A stretch of 62,606 nucleotides of DNA from a virus (IMGVR_UViG_3300035703_000095:1-62606); one strand, 5' to 3'; counted from the stretch's first letter, positions 38,502 to 49,168 are shown. The notes: generated by a model not told the origin, from the letters alone. Numbers and translations: made by a program.

Positions 38502-40538
38502 GTGGCAGTCGATAAGAATTTTGTAGTAAAGAACGGACTTGAGGTAAATGAAAACCTCATTCTTGCCGATGCAACTGCAAAGAAGGTTGGCATCTCATCT
38601 CTAAATCCAAGATATACATTAGATGTTGCTGGTGGTATTGGAGCAACAGATTTATATGTTGTAGGTGTTAGTACAGTTCTAACAGAATTCAATATTGGTG
38701 CTAATGGAACCACCCTTACTGGTATTGGTGGTTCTATTGGTATTGGAACAGTAACTCCAGCATTTCTCTTAGATGTTCGCTCTCCAGTTTCTACTGGAAA
38801 AACTGCAATTTTTGCCCGTGGGGATGTATATATTACCGGCACACTTAGATCGGACGATCTAACTGGTAACAGCGCAAATATAAACGCATTAAATGTTGCA
38901 AATACCACAACATTAGGTGGATCATTATCAGTAACTGGATTATCTACATTTTCAAATTCAGTTACCATATCAGGTAATGTATCAGCATCAGGAATATCAA
39001 CATTTAATAATCAAGTAAATATTACAAATAATCTCCAGGTTAGTGGAGTATCAACACTCTCAACTTTAGGAGTAACTGGCCTCACCACAACCCAAAATCT
39101 TAGAGTTACTGGTGTCTCTACTCTTTCGACCCTAGGAGTAACTGGACTTACTACATCTCAAAATCTTAGAGTTACTGGTGTTTCTACTCTTGGCACAGTT
39201 CAAATTTCCTCTGGCATTGTAACTGCGACTTCTGGAATCGTAACTTATTATGGTGACGGAAGATTCTTAAACATTACAAATAATGCAAGCACTGGTATAG
39301 GAATTGGAACTACCGGTGGTATAGTTGGTTATGGTATTACTTTCTTAGATCTAAAGGGTGCAGGAGTATCTACTGCATTCTATAATTCTAATGTTGGTAT
39401 TGCTACAATCTTCTTTGAAGGTGGTGGATCTGGTACAATTGGAATTGGTACTATCTTCCCAACAACTTTTGCTGGTAATGGTGACTTATTCTATCATATT
39501 GATTATGGAAGAATATTTGTATACTATGATGAAGTTGCTTTAGGAATTGGTTCCACTGCTGTTTGGGTAGATGCTGCACCATTCAACATTGGAATTGTTG
39601 ATATTGATGAACTTTCACTATCAAAATTAACCGTCACTGGACCAGGTGGAGTACTTAAATCTGGAATTGGAAACACTGCATTAATAGTTGAAGGTGATGC
39701 TAGAATTACTGGAATTTTAACAGTTGGGTCCAGCAGTTTAACTCTAAATGGAAATACCAATCAAATTAATGGAGTAACTATTAGTTCTGGTATTGTTACT
39801 GCAACTACTTTTAATGGACAAGTTAATGCCGGTGTTGCTACAATTACAACGTTAAGTGCAACAAATGCATCTTTTGGTGGAAATGTAACAATCGGTGGTA
39901 CATTGACCTATGAAGATGTCACGAATATTGATTCGATTGGATTAGTTACAGCAAGAAATGGAATTGTTGTTACTTCTGGTGGCATTAATGTTAATGGTGG
40001 ATCAGTTAATATTAATGTTGGTGGATTAACTGTATCAGGAGTTTCAACTTTTGCGGGCATTACAACTGTTACAGGAACTACTTTGTTTGCAAAACAAGTA
40101 AATGTTTCTGGAGTTACAACTTCAAATGAAACTAGATTTTTATCCGTTGCAGAAAAACTAGTTAGAATTAATGGCAATACTGTTAGCATTGGATATACAT
40201 CTAGTGGAGCTAACATTGGATTATGTACAAACCCATCTGGAGATATTGTTCTCAATGTGACAAATATTCCTACTGACAGTTCTTTTGATAACCATACTAT
40301 TTCTTTCAGTGTGATTGTTATTCAAGCAGGAACTGCAAGAAGCTGCACTTCAATTACATTGAATGGTGTCAGTAAATCCATCAAATGGGTTGGTGGATCA
40401 TTTGCAAATGCAATTGCAGGCGTAACCACCAGTTCTGGATATGACATATACAACTTTGTTGGTATTAATACTATTGGATCTGCAAGTACAACAGCAAATT
40501 ATGATGTTCTTGGCACTGTAAATGGAGGATTTAGATAA
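38502..40538 (+). CDS. tail fibre-like protein
   Basis: KNFVVKNGLEV start, GVST/GIGT repeats; CATAAATA at 38468. Confidence 0.75.
   Translation: MAVDKNFVVKNGLEVNENLILADATAKKVGISSLNPRYTLDVAGGIGATDLYVVGVSTVLTEFNIGANGTTLTGIGGSIGIGTVTPAFLLDVRSPVSTGKTAIFARGDVYITGTLRSDDLTGNSANINALNVANTTTLGGSLSVTGLSTFSNSVTISGNVSASGISTFNNQVNITNNLQVSGVSTLSTLGVTGLTTTQNLRVTGVSTLSTLGVTGLTTSQNLRVTGVSTLGTVQISSGIVTATSGIVTYYGDGRFLNITNNASTGIGIGTTGGIVGYGITFLDLKGAGVSTAFYNSNVGIATIFFEGGGSGTIGIGTIFPTTFAGNGDLFYHIDYGRIFVYYDEVALGIGSTAVWVDAAPFNIGIVDIDELSLSKLTVTGPGGVLKSGIGNTALIVEGDARITGILTVGSSSLTLNGNTNQINGVTISSGIVTATTFNGQVNAGVATITTLSATNASFGGNVTIGGTLTYEDVTNIDSIGLVTARNGIVVTSGGINVNGGSVNINVGGLTVSGVSTFAGITTVTGTTLFAKQVNVSGVTTSNETRFLSVAEKLVRINGNTVSIGYTSSGANIGLCTNPSGDIVLNVTNIPTDSSFDNHTISFSVIVIQAGTARSCTSITLNGVSKSIKWVGGSFANAIAGVTTSSGYDIYNFVGINTIGSASTTANYDVLGTVNGGFR
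39039..39191 (+). repeat. 66-nt in-frame tandem repeat (about 2.3 copies)
   Basis: V.GVSTLSTLGVTGLTT.QNLR repeated. Confidence 0.8.
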
Positions 40539-40541
40539 TTT

Positions 40542-42632
40542 ATGGCACCTCTATTATCAAGAATTGCTGGAAAAGATTTGACGGTAATATCAAATATTAT
40601 TAGAAAACTTACTAATATAGAATACGCTGTTATTGCTGGCGGCGGCGGGGGCGCTGGAGAGCTTGGTGGTGGAGGAGGAGCAGGAGGTTTCAGAGTAGGA
40701 ACTTTAAGTATTTCCATGGGCACTTCTTATCCCGTTACGGTTGGGGGAGCAGGTAGTTATGCATATAGTAATCCAGATGGAAATCCAGCTGTTGCTCTTT
40801 ATTATTATGGAACTCCTGGGCAACCTTCTAGTTTTGGACCCATAACTGCTACAGGTGGTGGTGGTGGAACTGGATATTGGAGCACTGCATTTCCGGGAGG
40901 ATCTGGTGGTGGTGGATCTCAAGGTATAGGTGGATATGGAATAAATCCAACAACACCTGCACCTCTTGGAGGTCCTTTTGCAAGAACAGAAGGTTATCCC
41001 GGTGGTACAGGAAATGCTTATGGTATGGGTGGCGGTGGCGGAGCTGGATCTGCTGGAGGCGATCACTTATCAGGAACAGGTCCTACTCCTCCATCAGGAA
41101 ATGGTGGCAATGGAGCTCCTGTAGATTGGCCAGAAATACCTGCTAGTTATGGAGTTTCTGGACCTGCACCAGGACGTTGGTTTGCTGGAGGTGGTGGAGG
41201 TGGTGGTGGAGCTCCTGGATATTCAAGAGCTTTTCCAGGATCTCCAGGTATTGCAGGAAATACTTATGGTGCCGGTGGGCAAGGTGGAGGAACTCCATCT
41301 TCCACTGGTAGTACTGGTTATGCTGGAATTGTGATGCTAAGAGCACCAATCAATTTTGGATATTCTGGGTCGGGATATACTACTAATGCATCTCCAACTC
41401 ATAGAGTTTTTATATTTACAAGTCCAGGATCAATTGCATTTAATTCTGTCCCAGAGCCAGCATATTTTGTATCACCATCAACAAGTTCGGTTAATGAAGG
41501 TTCTAGTGTAACATTTACTGTCAATACGGTTAATGTACCAAATGGCACTACTTTATATTGGACCACAAGTGCAGTTTCTGGATCTGTTAATTCATCAGAC
41601 TTTAATGATTCTGTAACTTCAGGTTCCTTTACAATTACGTCTGGTTCTGGAACAATTACAAGAACTTTAAGTAATGATGTTACATCAGAAGGTTCTGAAA
41701 GTTTTCAATTAGAAATTAGAACAGGATCTACCTCTGGACCTATTGTTGCAACAAGTTCCACAGTAACAATTAATGATACTTCAACTCCTGCATTTACTGT
41801 AACAGGAGGAACTAAAGTTACATCAGGATCTTACACATATCATTATTTCTACAATACAAGTTCCTATACAATTACGGGAAATACAACAGGTTATTCTTTT
41901 GATTGGTTATTGGTTGCTGGTGGCGGCGCTGGTGGAAATGGATATAGCAACGGAGGATCAGGGGGTGGCGGTGCTGGTGGTATGAAAACAGGAACAGTTA
42001 GCAGTGCTTCTCCTGGAACAAGATCATTCACTATTGGAAGTGGTGGTACAGCTGCAAATAAATACAGTTTAAACTCATCATCTAATGGATCCCCATCATC
42101 TGCGACTTTACCGGATGGGACTCTTGTTTCTGTAACAGGGGGTGGAGTAGGATTAGGTATTGCCGAGTCACTATCCAGTGCTAATGGTGGATCTGGAGGT
42201 GGTGGTAGTTTTGGAGCAGTTTCAACTTATGGTACTGGTGTTTCCGGTGAGGGAAATAATGGCGGCGGGGGTGCATCTGCAGCTGCTGGAGGCGGTGGTG
42301 GTAAAGGTGCTGTAGGTGGTAATGGAGTTCAAAGTCTAAATGGAGGTCCCGGAGGAATTGGTGCTGCTTGGGTTGATGGTTCTTATTATGCAGGCGGCGG
42401 TGGTGGCGGCGCAAGAAATGGTGGCCAACCTGGAGGTTCTGGTGGCCTCGGTGGTGGCGGTGCAGGCGGAAATGGTACTAACAGTGGCAATTCAAGTGGA
42501 GCAAATGGTGCATCAGGAACTCCAGGAACTGGCGGAGGTGGTGGAGGAGCTGGATATGAAGCTGATCAATATGGTGGTCAAGCAGGTGCTGGAGGTCCAG
42601 GAATTTTTGCTATCCGATATTTAACTCCATAA
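40542..42632 (+). CDS. adhesin-like protein with two glycine-rich domains and a central Calx-beta-like domain
   Basis: IAGGGGG...YPVTVG..FAGGGGG...GIVMLR twice; SVNEGSSVTFTV...EGSESF. Confidence 0.7.
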   Translation: MAPLLSRIAGKDLTVISNIIRKLTNIEYAVIAGGGGGAGELGGGGGAGGFRVGTLSISMGTSYPVTVGGAGSYAYSNPDGNPAVALYYYGTPGQPSSFGPITATGGGGGTGYWSTAFPGGSGGGGSQGIGGYGINPTTPAPLGGPFARTEGYPGGTGNAYGMGGGGGAGSAGGDHLSGTGPTPPSGNGGNGAPVDWPEIPASYGVSGPAPGRWFAGGGGGGGGAPGYSRAFPGSPGIAGNTYGAGGQGGGTPSSTGSTGYAGIVMLRAPINFGYSGSGYTTNASPTHRVFIFTSPGSIAFNSVPEPAYFVSPSTSSVNEGSSVTFTVNTVNVPNGTTLYWTTSAVSGSVNSSDFNDSVTSGSFTITSGSGTITRTLSNDVTSEGSESFQLEIRTGSTSGPIVATSSTVTINDTSTPAFTVTGGTKVTSGSYTYHYFYNTSSYTITGNTTGYSFDWLLVAGGGAGGNGYSNGGSGGGGAGGMKTGTVSSASPGTRSFTIGSGGTAANKYSLNSSSNGSPSSATLPDGTLVSVTGGGVGLGIAESLSSANGGSGGGGSFGAVSTYGTGVSGEGNNGGGGASAAAGGGGGKGAVGGNGVQSLNGGPGGIGAAWVDGSYYAGGGGGGARNGGQPGGSGGLGGGGAGGNGTNSGNSSGANGASGTPGTGGGGGGAGYEADQYGGQAGAGGPGIFAIRYLTP

Positions 42633-42652
42633 TAAAGATTCTCCTCTGAATT

Positions 42653-42660
42653 TATAAATA
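42653..42660 (+). promoter_or_regulatory. T4-type late promoter
   Basis: Exact TATAAATA. NATAAATA also precedes genes at 11669, 21301, 29807, 38468, 45778, 48134, 49164, 50529, 51791, 53237, 58408, 58758. Confidence 0.85.
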
Positions 42661-42688
42661 GAAACAATAGAAGAGTAATAGAAGATCT

Positions 42689-44101
42689 GTGGCACTTAAT
42701 TTTCCAGATAACCCTACAATAGGTTATGTCTACGTAGATTCTACTTCAAATTTTAGTTATGAATGGGATGGAACGGTATGGAAAAGTTATACCGGTGCCA
42801 GTTCAAGCAATATTAAAATTCTTGATGATATTTCTGGTTCTTTTAATGGTATTACAACTTCATTTACACTAACCAGTTCTGGAAATCTTGTTTATCCACC
42901 AACACCACAATCTCTAATTATCAATGTAGGTGGCGTTATTCAAGATCCATCTGATGACTATTCAGTATCAGACTCTAGCATCTCATTTTCAACTGCACCA
43001 GAACCAGGACTTTCGTTCTCTGGTATTTTATTAGGATCTGCAATTCCTATTGCATATGCAAATGATGGAAACCTTTATATTCGCAAAAATTACACTGGGG
43101 CTGGTACAACAGGACCTTTTGATATTGTAGAGGGGTATACTCCAGGTAACTTAGATGTTTATCGTAATGGTGTCAGATTAGTTTATGAAACGGATTTCGT
43201 TGGTACTAGTGGAACAAACTTTTTCTTATCAGAAGTAGCAACTGTTAATGATGAAATTGAAGCAGTTGCATATCAGATAACTTCTTTAGTTCAATCATCA
43301 TCTAACTTAGATAATCTAAATGTTATTGGAATTACGACGACTGGAAGATTAAATGTAAGTACAAATGCTGTAGTATCTGGCATACTAACTGCGACTGGTG
43401 GATTTGTAGGAAGTTTAACTGGAACATCATCACTTTCGCAGGGATTAACTGGCAATCCAAATATAACTGTTAATAATATTACAGGTACTGCAGCTACATT
43501 TTCAGGGAATGTAACAATTGGTGGCACATTAACTTATGAGGATGTGACCAATATTGATTCTATTGGATTGGTTACCGCAAGATCTGGAATAAGAATTACA
43601 AGCGGTGGATTAAATGTAGTTGGAGTAACAACTTCTACTGGAGGATTTGTAGGAAATTTAACTGGTACTGCATCAACTGCAGGTGTTGCCACTTATGCAT
43701 CAACTGCTGGTGTATCTACTTCTTCACAAGGACTTACCGGAACACCAAATATATCAGTAGGAACAGTCAACTCTTCAAAAATAGATCTTTCGGGACAATA
43801 TGTTCAATCTATTAATGCTGTAGGAGCACTGGATATTAACTGCAGTACTGGTAATTATTTTACCAAAACAATAAGCTCAAATAGTATATTCACTTTCAGT
43901 AATGTTCCTTCTTCCCGTGCTTATAGTTTCACTTTAGAATTAACACACACCAGTGGATCAGTTACTTGGCCAAGCGAAGTTAAATGGCCCACAGACAGTA
44001 CGCCAACTTTAACTACTGGAAAAACACATTTGTTTGTATTTGTTACAGACGACGGAGGAAGTCGCTGGCGCGGTGGAGCACTTGTTGATTATGTAAACTG
44101 A
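42689..44101 (+). CDS. tail fibre-like protein
   Basis: ALNFP..P, LDDIS..FNG, GGVIQDP, shared C-terminal domain. Confidence 0.75.
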   Translation: MALNFPDNPTIGYVYVDSTSNFSYEWDGTVWKSYTGASSSNIKILDDISGSFNGITTSFTLTSSGNLVYPPTPQSLIINVGGVIQDPSDDYSVSDSSISFSTAPEPGLSFSGILLGSAIPIAYANDGNLYIRKNYTGAGTTGPFDIVEGYTPGNLDVYRNGVRLVYETDFVGTSGTNFFLSEVATVNDEIEAVAYQITSLVQSSSNLDNLNVIGITTTGRLNVSTNAVVSGILTATGGFVGSLTGTSSLSQGLTGNPNITVNNITGTAATFSGNVTIGGTLTYEDVTNIDSIGLVTARSGIRITSGGLNVVGVTTSTGGFVGNLTGTASTAGVATYASTAGVSTSSQGLTGTPNISVGTVNSSKIDLSGQYVQSINAVGALDINCSTGNYFTKTISSNSIFTFSNVPSSRAYSFTLELTHTSGSVTWPSEVKWPTDSTPTLTTGKTHLFVFVTDDGGSRWRGGALVDYVN

Positions 44102-44109
44102 GGTAGATT

Positions 44110-45291
44110 ATGGATCCCCTTTCCCAAAAAATTTTATTGGCTTCATCGAGTAGTGGTGAAGAATACTGGATTAGATATTCCAATTTTGCCACAAATAGAT
44201 TTCCTGGAGGTCTTTTACTTGATAATGATGGAAATATAGTTGGTAGTGGTTGGATATATTCAGGATCGGCATCAATATGGTATCCTTGGCATTGGAAATT
44301 AAATAGAAAAGGTGATATTCTCAACAACCTCGTCTGTAGTGATTATCCAACCGTCTCTATAGCAGGTGCATTTGTAACTCAACTTCCAAGTGGGGGAGAT
44401 TATATCTTCACAAATGGAGACTGGAGAACAAGAAGGGGAACAGATTTTACAGAAGGATCTAGAATCTCTGGATTAGGTGGTGGATATATTACTGATAGTT
44501 CTGGAAACTCTTATGGTGGTCTATACTCTATCGATAGTAATCTAAATCTTCGATGGGGAGTTGCACAAGGTGGTGTTGGTTACATTGCGAGAAGAACTGA
44601 CGGTAATATTATTCTTCCAAGCAATACTCCTAGCACCCCAGGAGATGCCAATTTACTTGTATTCGATTCTTCTAATGGATCTCTAGTATCATCATATAAA
44701 ACTTCTGGTGCTACTGACCATTACGCACAATCAACTGCTGTAGATAGTTCAGGGAATATGTATTGGGGAGGAGGGTATTCTATTTCTTCTTATGGTGCTT
44801 TAATATATAAACTCAACTCCGCCGGATCTTTGCTATGGTATTATTATAAGTATTCATTAGGACTTGGTGTTTATCCAAGCTCAGTCATTGGTATTGATTT
44901 TGATAGTGAAGGAAATGTTTATATTCAGACAGGATCTTATTTGTTTAAATTAAACTCTTCTGGCACTCCTCAGTGGTGCGTGAACATTTTTGGTTCAGAT
45001 ATTACATTTCAACTAAATCCAAGAGCGTTCAGGATTTTTGGATCATCAATTTATATTAGTACTAGAAATGCTCTTTTAAAATTACCTTTAGATGTTACAT
45101 CAATACCCAATGGAACTTATGGTCCTGCAACTTTCCAAACAGTAACTGCTAGTCTTACTAGTGATGTTCTTCCATCTGCATCATGGTCTTCTTATTCTGA
45201 GAGTCAACCAACTTATACATCCCCAACAATTGGATCACAATTTGGAACTTTTTCCACATCATCCGCCTTTAATAATATCTACCAATTCTAA
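44110..45291 (+). CDS. beta-propeller protein (putative receptor-binding tip)
   Basis: Repeated D(S/N)(S/D/E)GN.Y...KLNS.G...W blades. Confidence 0.65.
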   Translation: MDPLSQKILLASSSSGEEYWIRYSNFATNRFPGGLLLDNDGNIVGSGWIYSGSASIWYPWHWKLNRKGDILNNLVCSDYPTVSIAGAFVTQLPSGGDYIFTNGDWRTRRGTDFTEGSRISGLGGGYITDSSGNSYGGLYSIDSNLNLRWGVAQGGVGYIARRTDGNIILPSNTPSTPGDANLLVFDSSNGSLVSSYKTSGATDHYAQSTAVDSSGNMYWGGGYSISSYGALIYKLNSAGSLLWYYYKYSLGLGVYPSSVIGIDFDSEGNVYIQTGSYLFKLNSSGTPQWCVNIFGSDITFQLNPRAFRIFGSSIYISTRNALLKLPLDVTSIPNGTYGPATFQTVTASLTSDVLPSASWSSYSESQPTYTSPTIGSQFGTFSTSSAFNNIYQF

Positions 45292-45303
45292 TAGGTTAAA
45301 AAA

Positions 45304-45771
45304 ATGTACGCTCTAATTAAAAATAATTCTGTTGCTAAGTATCCCATCGGATTAGGCGACTTAAAAAAAGAATATCCAAATACTTCTTTTCCTTCTCGAT
45401 TTTCGGAGTTTGATCTTACAGATTATGGTGTTGTTGAGGTAGTTTCTACGGAAGTCCCTAGTTATAATCCAGATGCTGAAAGAGTTATTGAAGGAACACC
45501 ATCATTAAAAGATGATGTTTGGGAACAAGTTTGGGTTATCGAACCTCTTTCTGCTGAAGAACAACAACAAATCTTAAATAATAAAGTTTCTTCCGTTAGA
45601 TCTCAAAGAGATAGACTCCTACAAGAAACAGATTGGGTTGTTATAAAAGCAAAAGAGACTGACACAAATCTTTCTGCAGGATTTAAAGAGTATCGTCAAG
45701 CACTTAGAGATATTACAGAACAAGAAGGATTCCCGCATAATATAATTTGGCCAATTAAACCAAATTTTTAA
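45304..45771 (+). CDS. tail fibre assembly chaperone
   Basis: VR.QRD.LL.ETDW...YRQALRDITEQEGFP..I.WP.KP. Confidence 0.8.
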   Translation: MYALIKNNSVAKYPIGLGDLKKEYPNTSFPSRFSEFDLTDYGVVEVVSTEVPSYNPDAERVIEGTPSLKDDVWEQVWVIEPLSAEEQQQILNNKVSSVRSQRDRLLQETDWVVIKAKETDTNLSAGFKEYRQALRDITEQEGFPHNIIWPIKPNF

Positions 45772-45805
45772 AATTATCATAAATACCTAAAAATAGCCAT
45801 AAAAA

Positions 45806-46870
45806 ATGTCTAGAGCATCCAATCTTGCGGGATTTGTAACAAGTATAACTCCAGTTAATAATCTATCTGTTGGTGTTGTTACTGCAACAAGTTTTATTGG
45901 AGATGGATCAGGACTCACTGGTATTGTTGGTTCTGGATCTGGAATAATTATACTTGATGGTAATGTTACTGTAGGAACAGCAGGAACAATTAATTTTGGT
46001 GAAAATTTAAGTGTATCTCCAATTTCTGCGGGATTGGTAACTGTAACTGGCAGTTCTTATGTAAACACTGCTGGTGTATCGACTTATGCAAGCACTGCAG
46101 GAATTTCAACATATACTTCAGAATGGATTCTTGGTGCTAATGGGTCAACTGATTATACTTTCACTGGCCCTGGATTTACTACGGCAACCAATGACCCAAC
46201 TTTATTCTTAATAAGAGGTCAACAGTATAGATTTACAAATACAATGGGTATACACCCATTTAGAATTCAAAGCACTCCAAATGGATCTGTTGGTACTCAG
46301 TACAATACTGGAATCACCAACAATGATGTAACGAATGGCACATTAACTTGGAACGTTAATTTTAATGCTCCAGATATTTTATATTATCAATGTACTTCCC
46401 ATGCATCAATGGGTGGAAAAATTTATATTTTAAATGCTGGCATATCATCAGATACAAGTATTAACACAACTGGCATTGTAACCGCATCAACCTTTGATGC
46501 CTTTAGTGGCAGACTAAGGAATGTAGAACTTGAAAATTACTCTGAAAGAGTTTATAACTTAGGTAACACTGGAGTATCAACAACAATAAATCTAGTCAAT
46601 GGAAACTTTGTAACTGCAACCCTTACTGATGACTGTACATTTACTTTCAACACAGGTATCTCTACAGGTGCAGTTTCATTTACTTTATTCCTAACAAATG
46701 ATGCAACTCCCAATAGATCTATTACTTGGCCTGTATCTGTAAAATGGCCAAATAATATAATTCCAACAAGAACAACTGCTGCAAGTAAATCTGACGTATA
46801 TACATTTTTTACTTATGATAATGGAACATCTTGGTATGGAAATCTAACACTATTCAATTATCCAACCTAA
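45806..46870 (+). CDS. fibre adaptor protein with cupredoxin-like insert
   Basis: NDPTLFL.RG, HPFRI, LYYQCTSH..MGG; shared C-terminal domain. Confidence 0.65.
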   Translation: MSRASNLAGFVTSITPVNNLSVGVVTATSFIGDGSGLTGIVGSGSGIIILDGNVTVGTAGTINFGENLSVSPISAGLVTVTGSSYVNTAGVSTYASTAGISTYTSEWILGANGSTDYTFTGPGFTTATNDPTLFLIRGQQYRFTNTMGIHPFRIQSTPNGSVGTQYNTGITNNDVTNGTLTWNVNFNAPDILYYQCTSHASMGGKIYILNAGISSDTSINTTGIVTASTFDAFSGRLRNVELENYSERVYNLGNTGVSTTINLVNGNFVTATLTDDCTFTFNTGISTGAVSFTLFLTNDATPNRSITWPVSVKWPNNIIPTRTTAASKSDVYTFFTYDNGTSWYGNLTLFNYPT

Positions 46871-46884
46871 GTTAAGGTAAAGTT

Positions 46885-48135
46885 ATGTCTTTTATTCATA
46901 ACAGAATCCGAAAAGGACCAATGTTTCCGCAAGGATCAGTAACTTTTAATGCTCCCGGAAACTGGACTTCTCCTGCAAGAATTTATTCAGTTACAGTATC
47001 GGGACAAGGTGCTGCCGGCAATCCAGGAGAAGCAGGAGTTGCAGGATCTGCTGGAGATGGAAACCCGGGAACTCCGGGAACTAATGGTTCTGGAGGATCT
47101 GGTGGAGCTGGTGGTACAGGAAATCCAGGAAACCATGGTAATGGAGGTGGTGGAGGAGGTGGTGGTGCTATGGGAAGATCGGGAAACCCAACTCTGCTAG
47201 GCGTTCCCGGATCGAATGCCGCAACAGTAATAATCCCATTTTCTGCGGGAACTGGTGGAGCAGCAGCTAATGCTGTTTCAACACCAGCAAATCCTGGATT
47301 TGCTGGAAATACTGGAAATGCAGGATCTGGTAATCCAGGATCTGCAGGTAATCCAGGAACTGCCGGAAGTGCAGGAAGTCCTGGTTTTTCCAATCCAGGA
47401 GGTGCAGGAAGTCCTGGAGCAAATGGAAATATAGGAGCATTTTCCTCTGCCTTGGGGATTGTTTTCCCAGGTGGAGCTGGTGGTACTGGTGGCACTGGAA
47501 ACCCAGGAACCGGAGGAAATGCTGGAACAGGAGGAAATGCGGGAAATCCAGGATCTGTAGGAGGAACTGGAAATCCTGGAGTAGGGGGTAATGGTGGTGG
47601 TAGTGGTTCTGGTGGAGGTGGTGGAGGTAATAGTCCAGCTCCAAGTGGAAATCCTGGAACTGGTGGCGCAGGTGGAGGGGGTGGTCTTGGAGGAAACCCA
47701 GGAGGATTTTCTGGCGTTGCTGGATCTCCAGGATCTCCATCTCTTCCTTCTGGTGGTGATGGTGGGACTAATCCGACGCCCGGTAGTGGATATCCATTTC
47801 CCGTTACGCAAGCAACATGGGGTGGATCTGGTGGATATGGCGGATCTCCAGGAAATCCTGGTTCTCGTTATGCTGGAGGCGGTGGCGGAGGTGGTGCTGG
47901 TGGATTTGGTGGATTTGGAACACCAGGAACCACAGGAGCTTCAGGAAATCCTGGTTCTGGAGCGACAGCAGGAACTTCAGGATTTCCAGGATCATCTGGT
48001 TCATCAAACCCAGGATCGGCAGGATTGAGTGCAACTCCTGCATCATCATATCCAGTTCAGGTTGCGGCATCAACCGTCTATCCAATAACTGTTGGACCTG
48101 GTGGTTATATAACCATCTCTTGGACCACTCAATAA
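46885..48135 (+). CDS. Gly-X-Y collagen/polyproline-II-like protein A
   Basis: Long GNP/GSP/GTP/GSA runs with poly-Gly; TFNAPG N-cap, YPITVGPGGYITISWTTQ C-cap. Confidence 0.8.
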   Translation: MSFIHNRIRKGPMFPQGSVTFNAPGNWTSPARIYSVTVSGQGAAGNPGEAGVAGSAGDGNPGTPGTNGSGGSGGAGGTGNPGNHGNGGGGGGGGAMGRSGNPTLLGVPGSNAATVIIPFSAGTGGAAANAVSTPANPGFAGNTGNAGSGNPGSAGNPGTAGSAGSPGFSNPGGAGSPGANGNIGAFSSALGIVFPGGAGGTGGTGNPGTGGNAGTGGNAGNPGSVGGTGNPGVGGNGGGSGSGGGGGGNSPAPSGNPGTGGAGGGGGLGGNPGGFSGVAGSPGSPSLPSGGDGGTNPTPGSGYPFPVTQATWGGSGGYGGSPGNPGSRYAGGGGGGGAGGFGGFGTPGTTGASGNPGSGATAGTSGFPGSSGSSNPGSAGLSATPASSYPVQVAASTVYPITVGPGGYITISWTTQ

Positions 48136-48162
48136 TAAATAATAAAGAAACTTTGATATGAA

Positions 48163-48609
48163 ATGAAAAATAAAAAAGAATCTCAAATGAGGAAAAAAAT
48201 TAATGAATTTTATGAAAAACAAGAGTATCTGAGTATTCAACAAAATCCAAATCGTGCTAGATCGGTTACAGTTGGAACTGCATTTGGTGGTATTGTTGAA
48301 TTAATTGTAAGGTCTGATGTTGCAACAGTATGGGCTCAAATGCAACCAGTTGAAGCAATAGAATTGATGGAACAAATTGCAGCTGGTTGTGGTGTTGAAA
48401 TTGCGATGAGACCAAAACAAAACTTTGCAGCATGGAGAGGATGGGAAGAAGTTATTGATAGAGATATTTCAGTTAATAAACTTGAATGGAAAGGAGCCGC
48501 TCCATATCAATTAAACCAAAGGGAAGAAGAATTAAAATTACTAGAAGAACCAAAGAAAAAAAGAACCAGAAAAAAAGTTGAAAAGGAGGAAAAAGTAAAT
48601 GAAGAATGA
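48163..48609 (+). CDS. hypothetical protein, paralog of 53272
   Basis: RKKINE, NRARSVTVGTAFGG, PVEAIE, AWRGW, WKGAAP. Confidence 0.8.
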   Translation: MKNKKESQMRKKINEFYEKQEYLSIQQNPNRARSVTVGTAFGGIVELIVRSDVATVWAQMQPVEAIELMEQIAAGCGVEIAMRPKQNFAAWRGWEEVIDRDISVNKLEWKGAAPYQLNQREEELKLLEEPKKKRTRKKVEKEEKVNEE

Positions 48610-49168
48610 CTATTATGTTTTAGTTGATTACAACTTAAACCAAATCATCGACCATGTAAAGAAACTCCCAAACAATTGGGTTAATATTTCAGGTCTCCCA
48701 AATTACAGTGACCAAAAATTAGAAGATCTAACTTGGGCAGGGCATCCAACATTGGGATGGATTAATATATCATCACCAAAATTATCTGAATTTACATATA
48801 GTGACGAGTGGTTGGAAATTAATAAAAATAATTTAAAGAAATCTATTTCAGATGAAAGATCTACAATTCAAAATGAAGTATTGAATTACAAGGGCAATAA
48901 TATTGTTGCCAATGAGAAAAATAAAATTAATTTGTTGGTAAAAAATTCAATCTCCAGTGAAAGTTTTTATTGGAAATTTATAAATTCTCACCAACTGCTT
49001 TCAACTGAAGAAGTTAACACTCTATTGAATCTTTTGGATAATTATACACAAGAGTGTTATAATGAGGAAGCAAGATTATATTCTCTAGTAGATGAAATTG
49101 CAAATATTGATGATTTAATTTCTATTGAATTATCACCAAACTGGCCTGATACACTACTGGCAGAATAA
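48599..49168 (+). CDS. DUF4376-like fibre assembly protein, paralog of 53748
   Basis: YVLVD, LP.NW.NI.GL, DL.WAGH, WK, Q.CY..EA. Confidence 0.65.
   Translation: MKNDYYVLVDYNLNQIIDHVKKLPNNWVNISGLPNYSDQKLEDLTWAGHPTLGWINISSPKLSEFTYSDEWLEINKNNLKKSISDERSTIQNEVLNYKGNNIVANEKNKINLLVKNSISSESFYWKFINSHQLLSTEEVNTLLNLLDNYTQECYNEEARLYSLVDEIANIDDLISIELSPNWPDTLLAE

Noticed and set aside
38465-38968. 167-aa antisense ORF (similar ones at 34990 and 39908)
   Set aside because: Antisense shadows of Gly/Thr/Val-rich fibre genes
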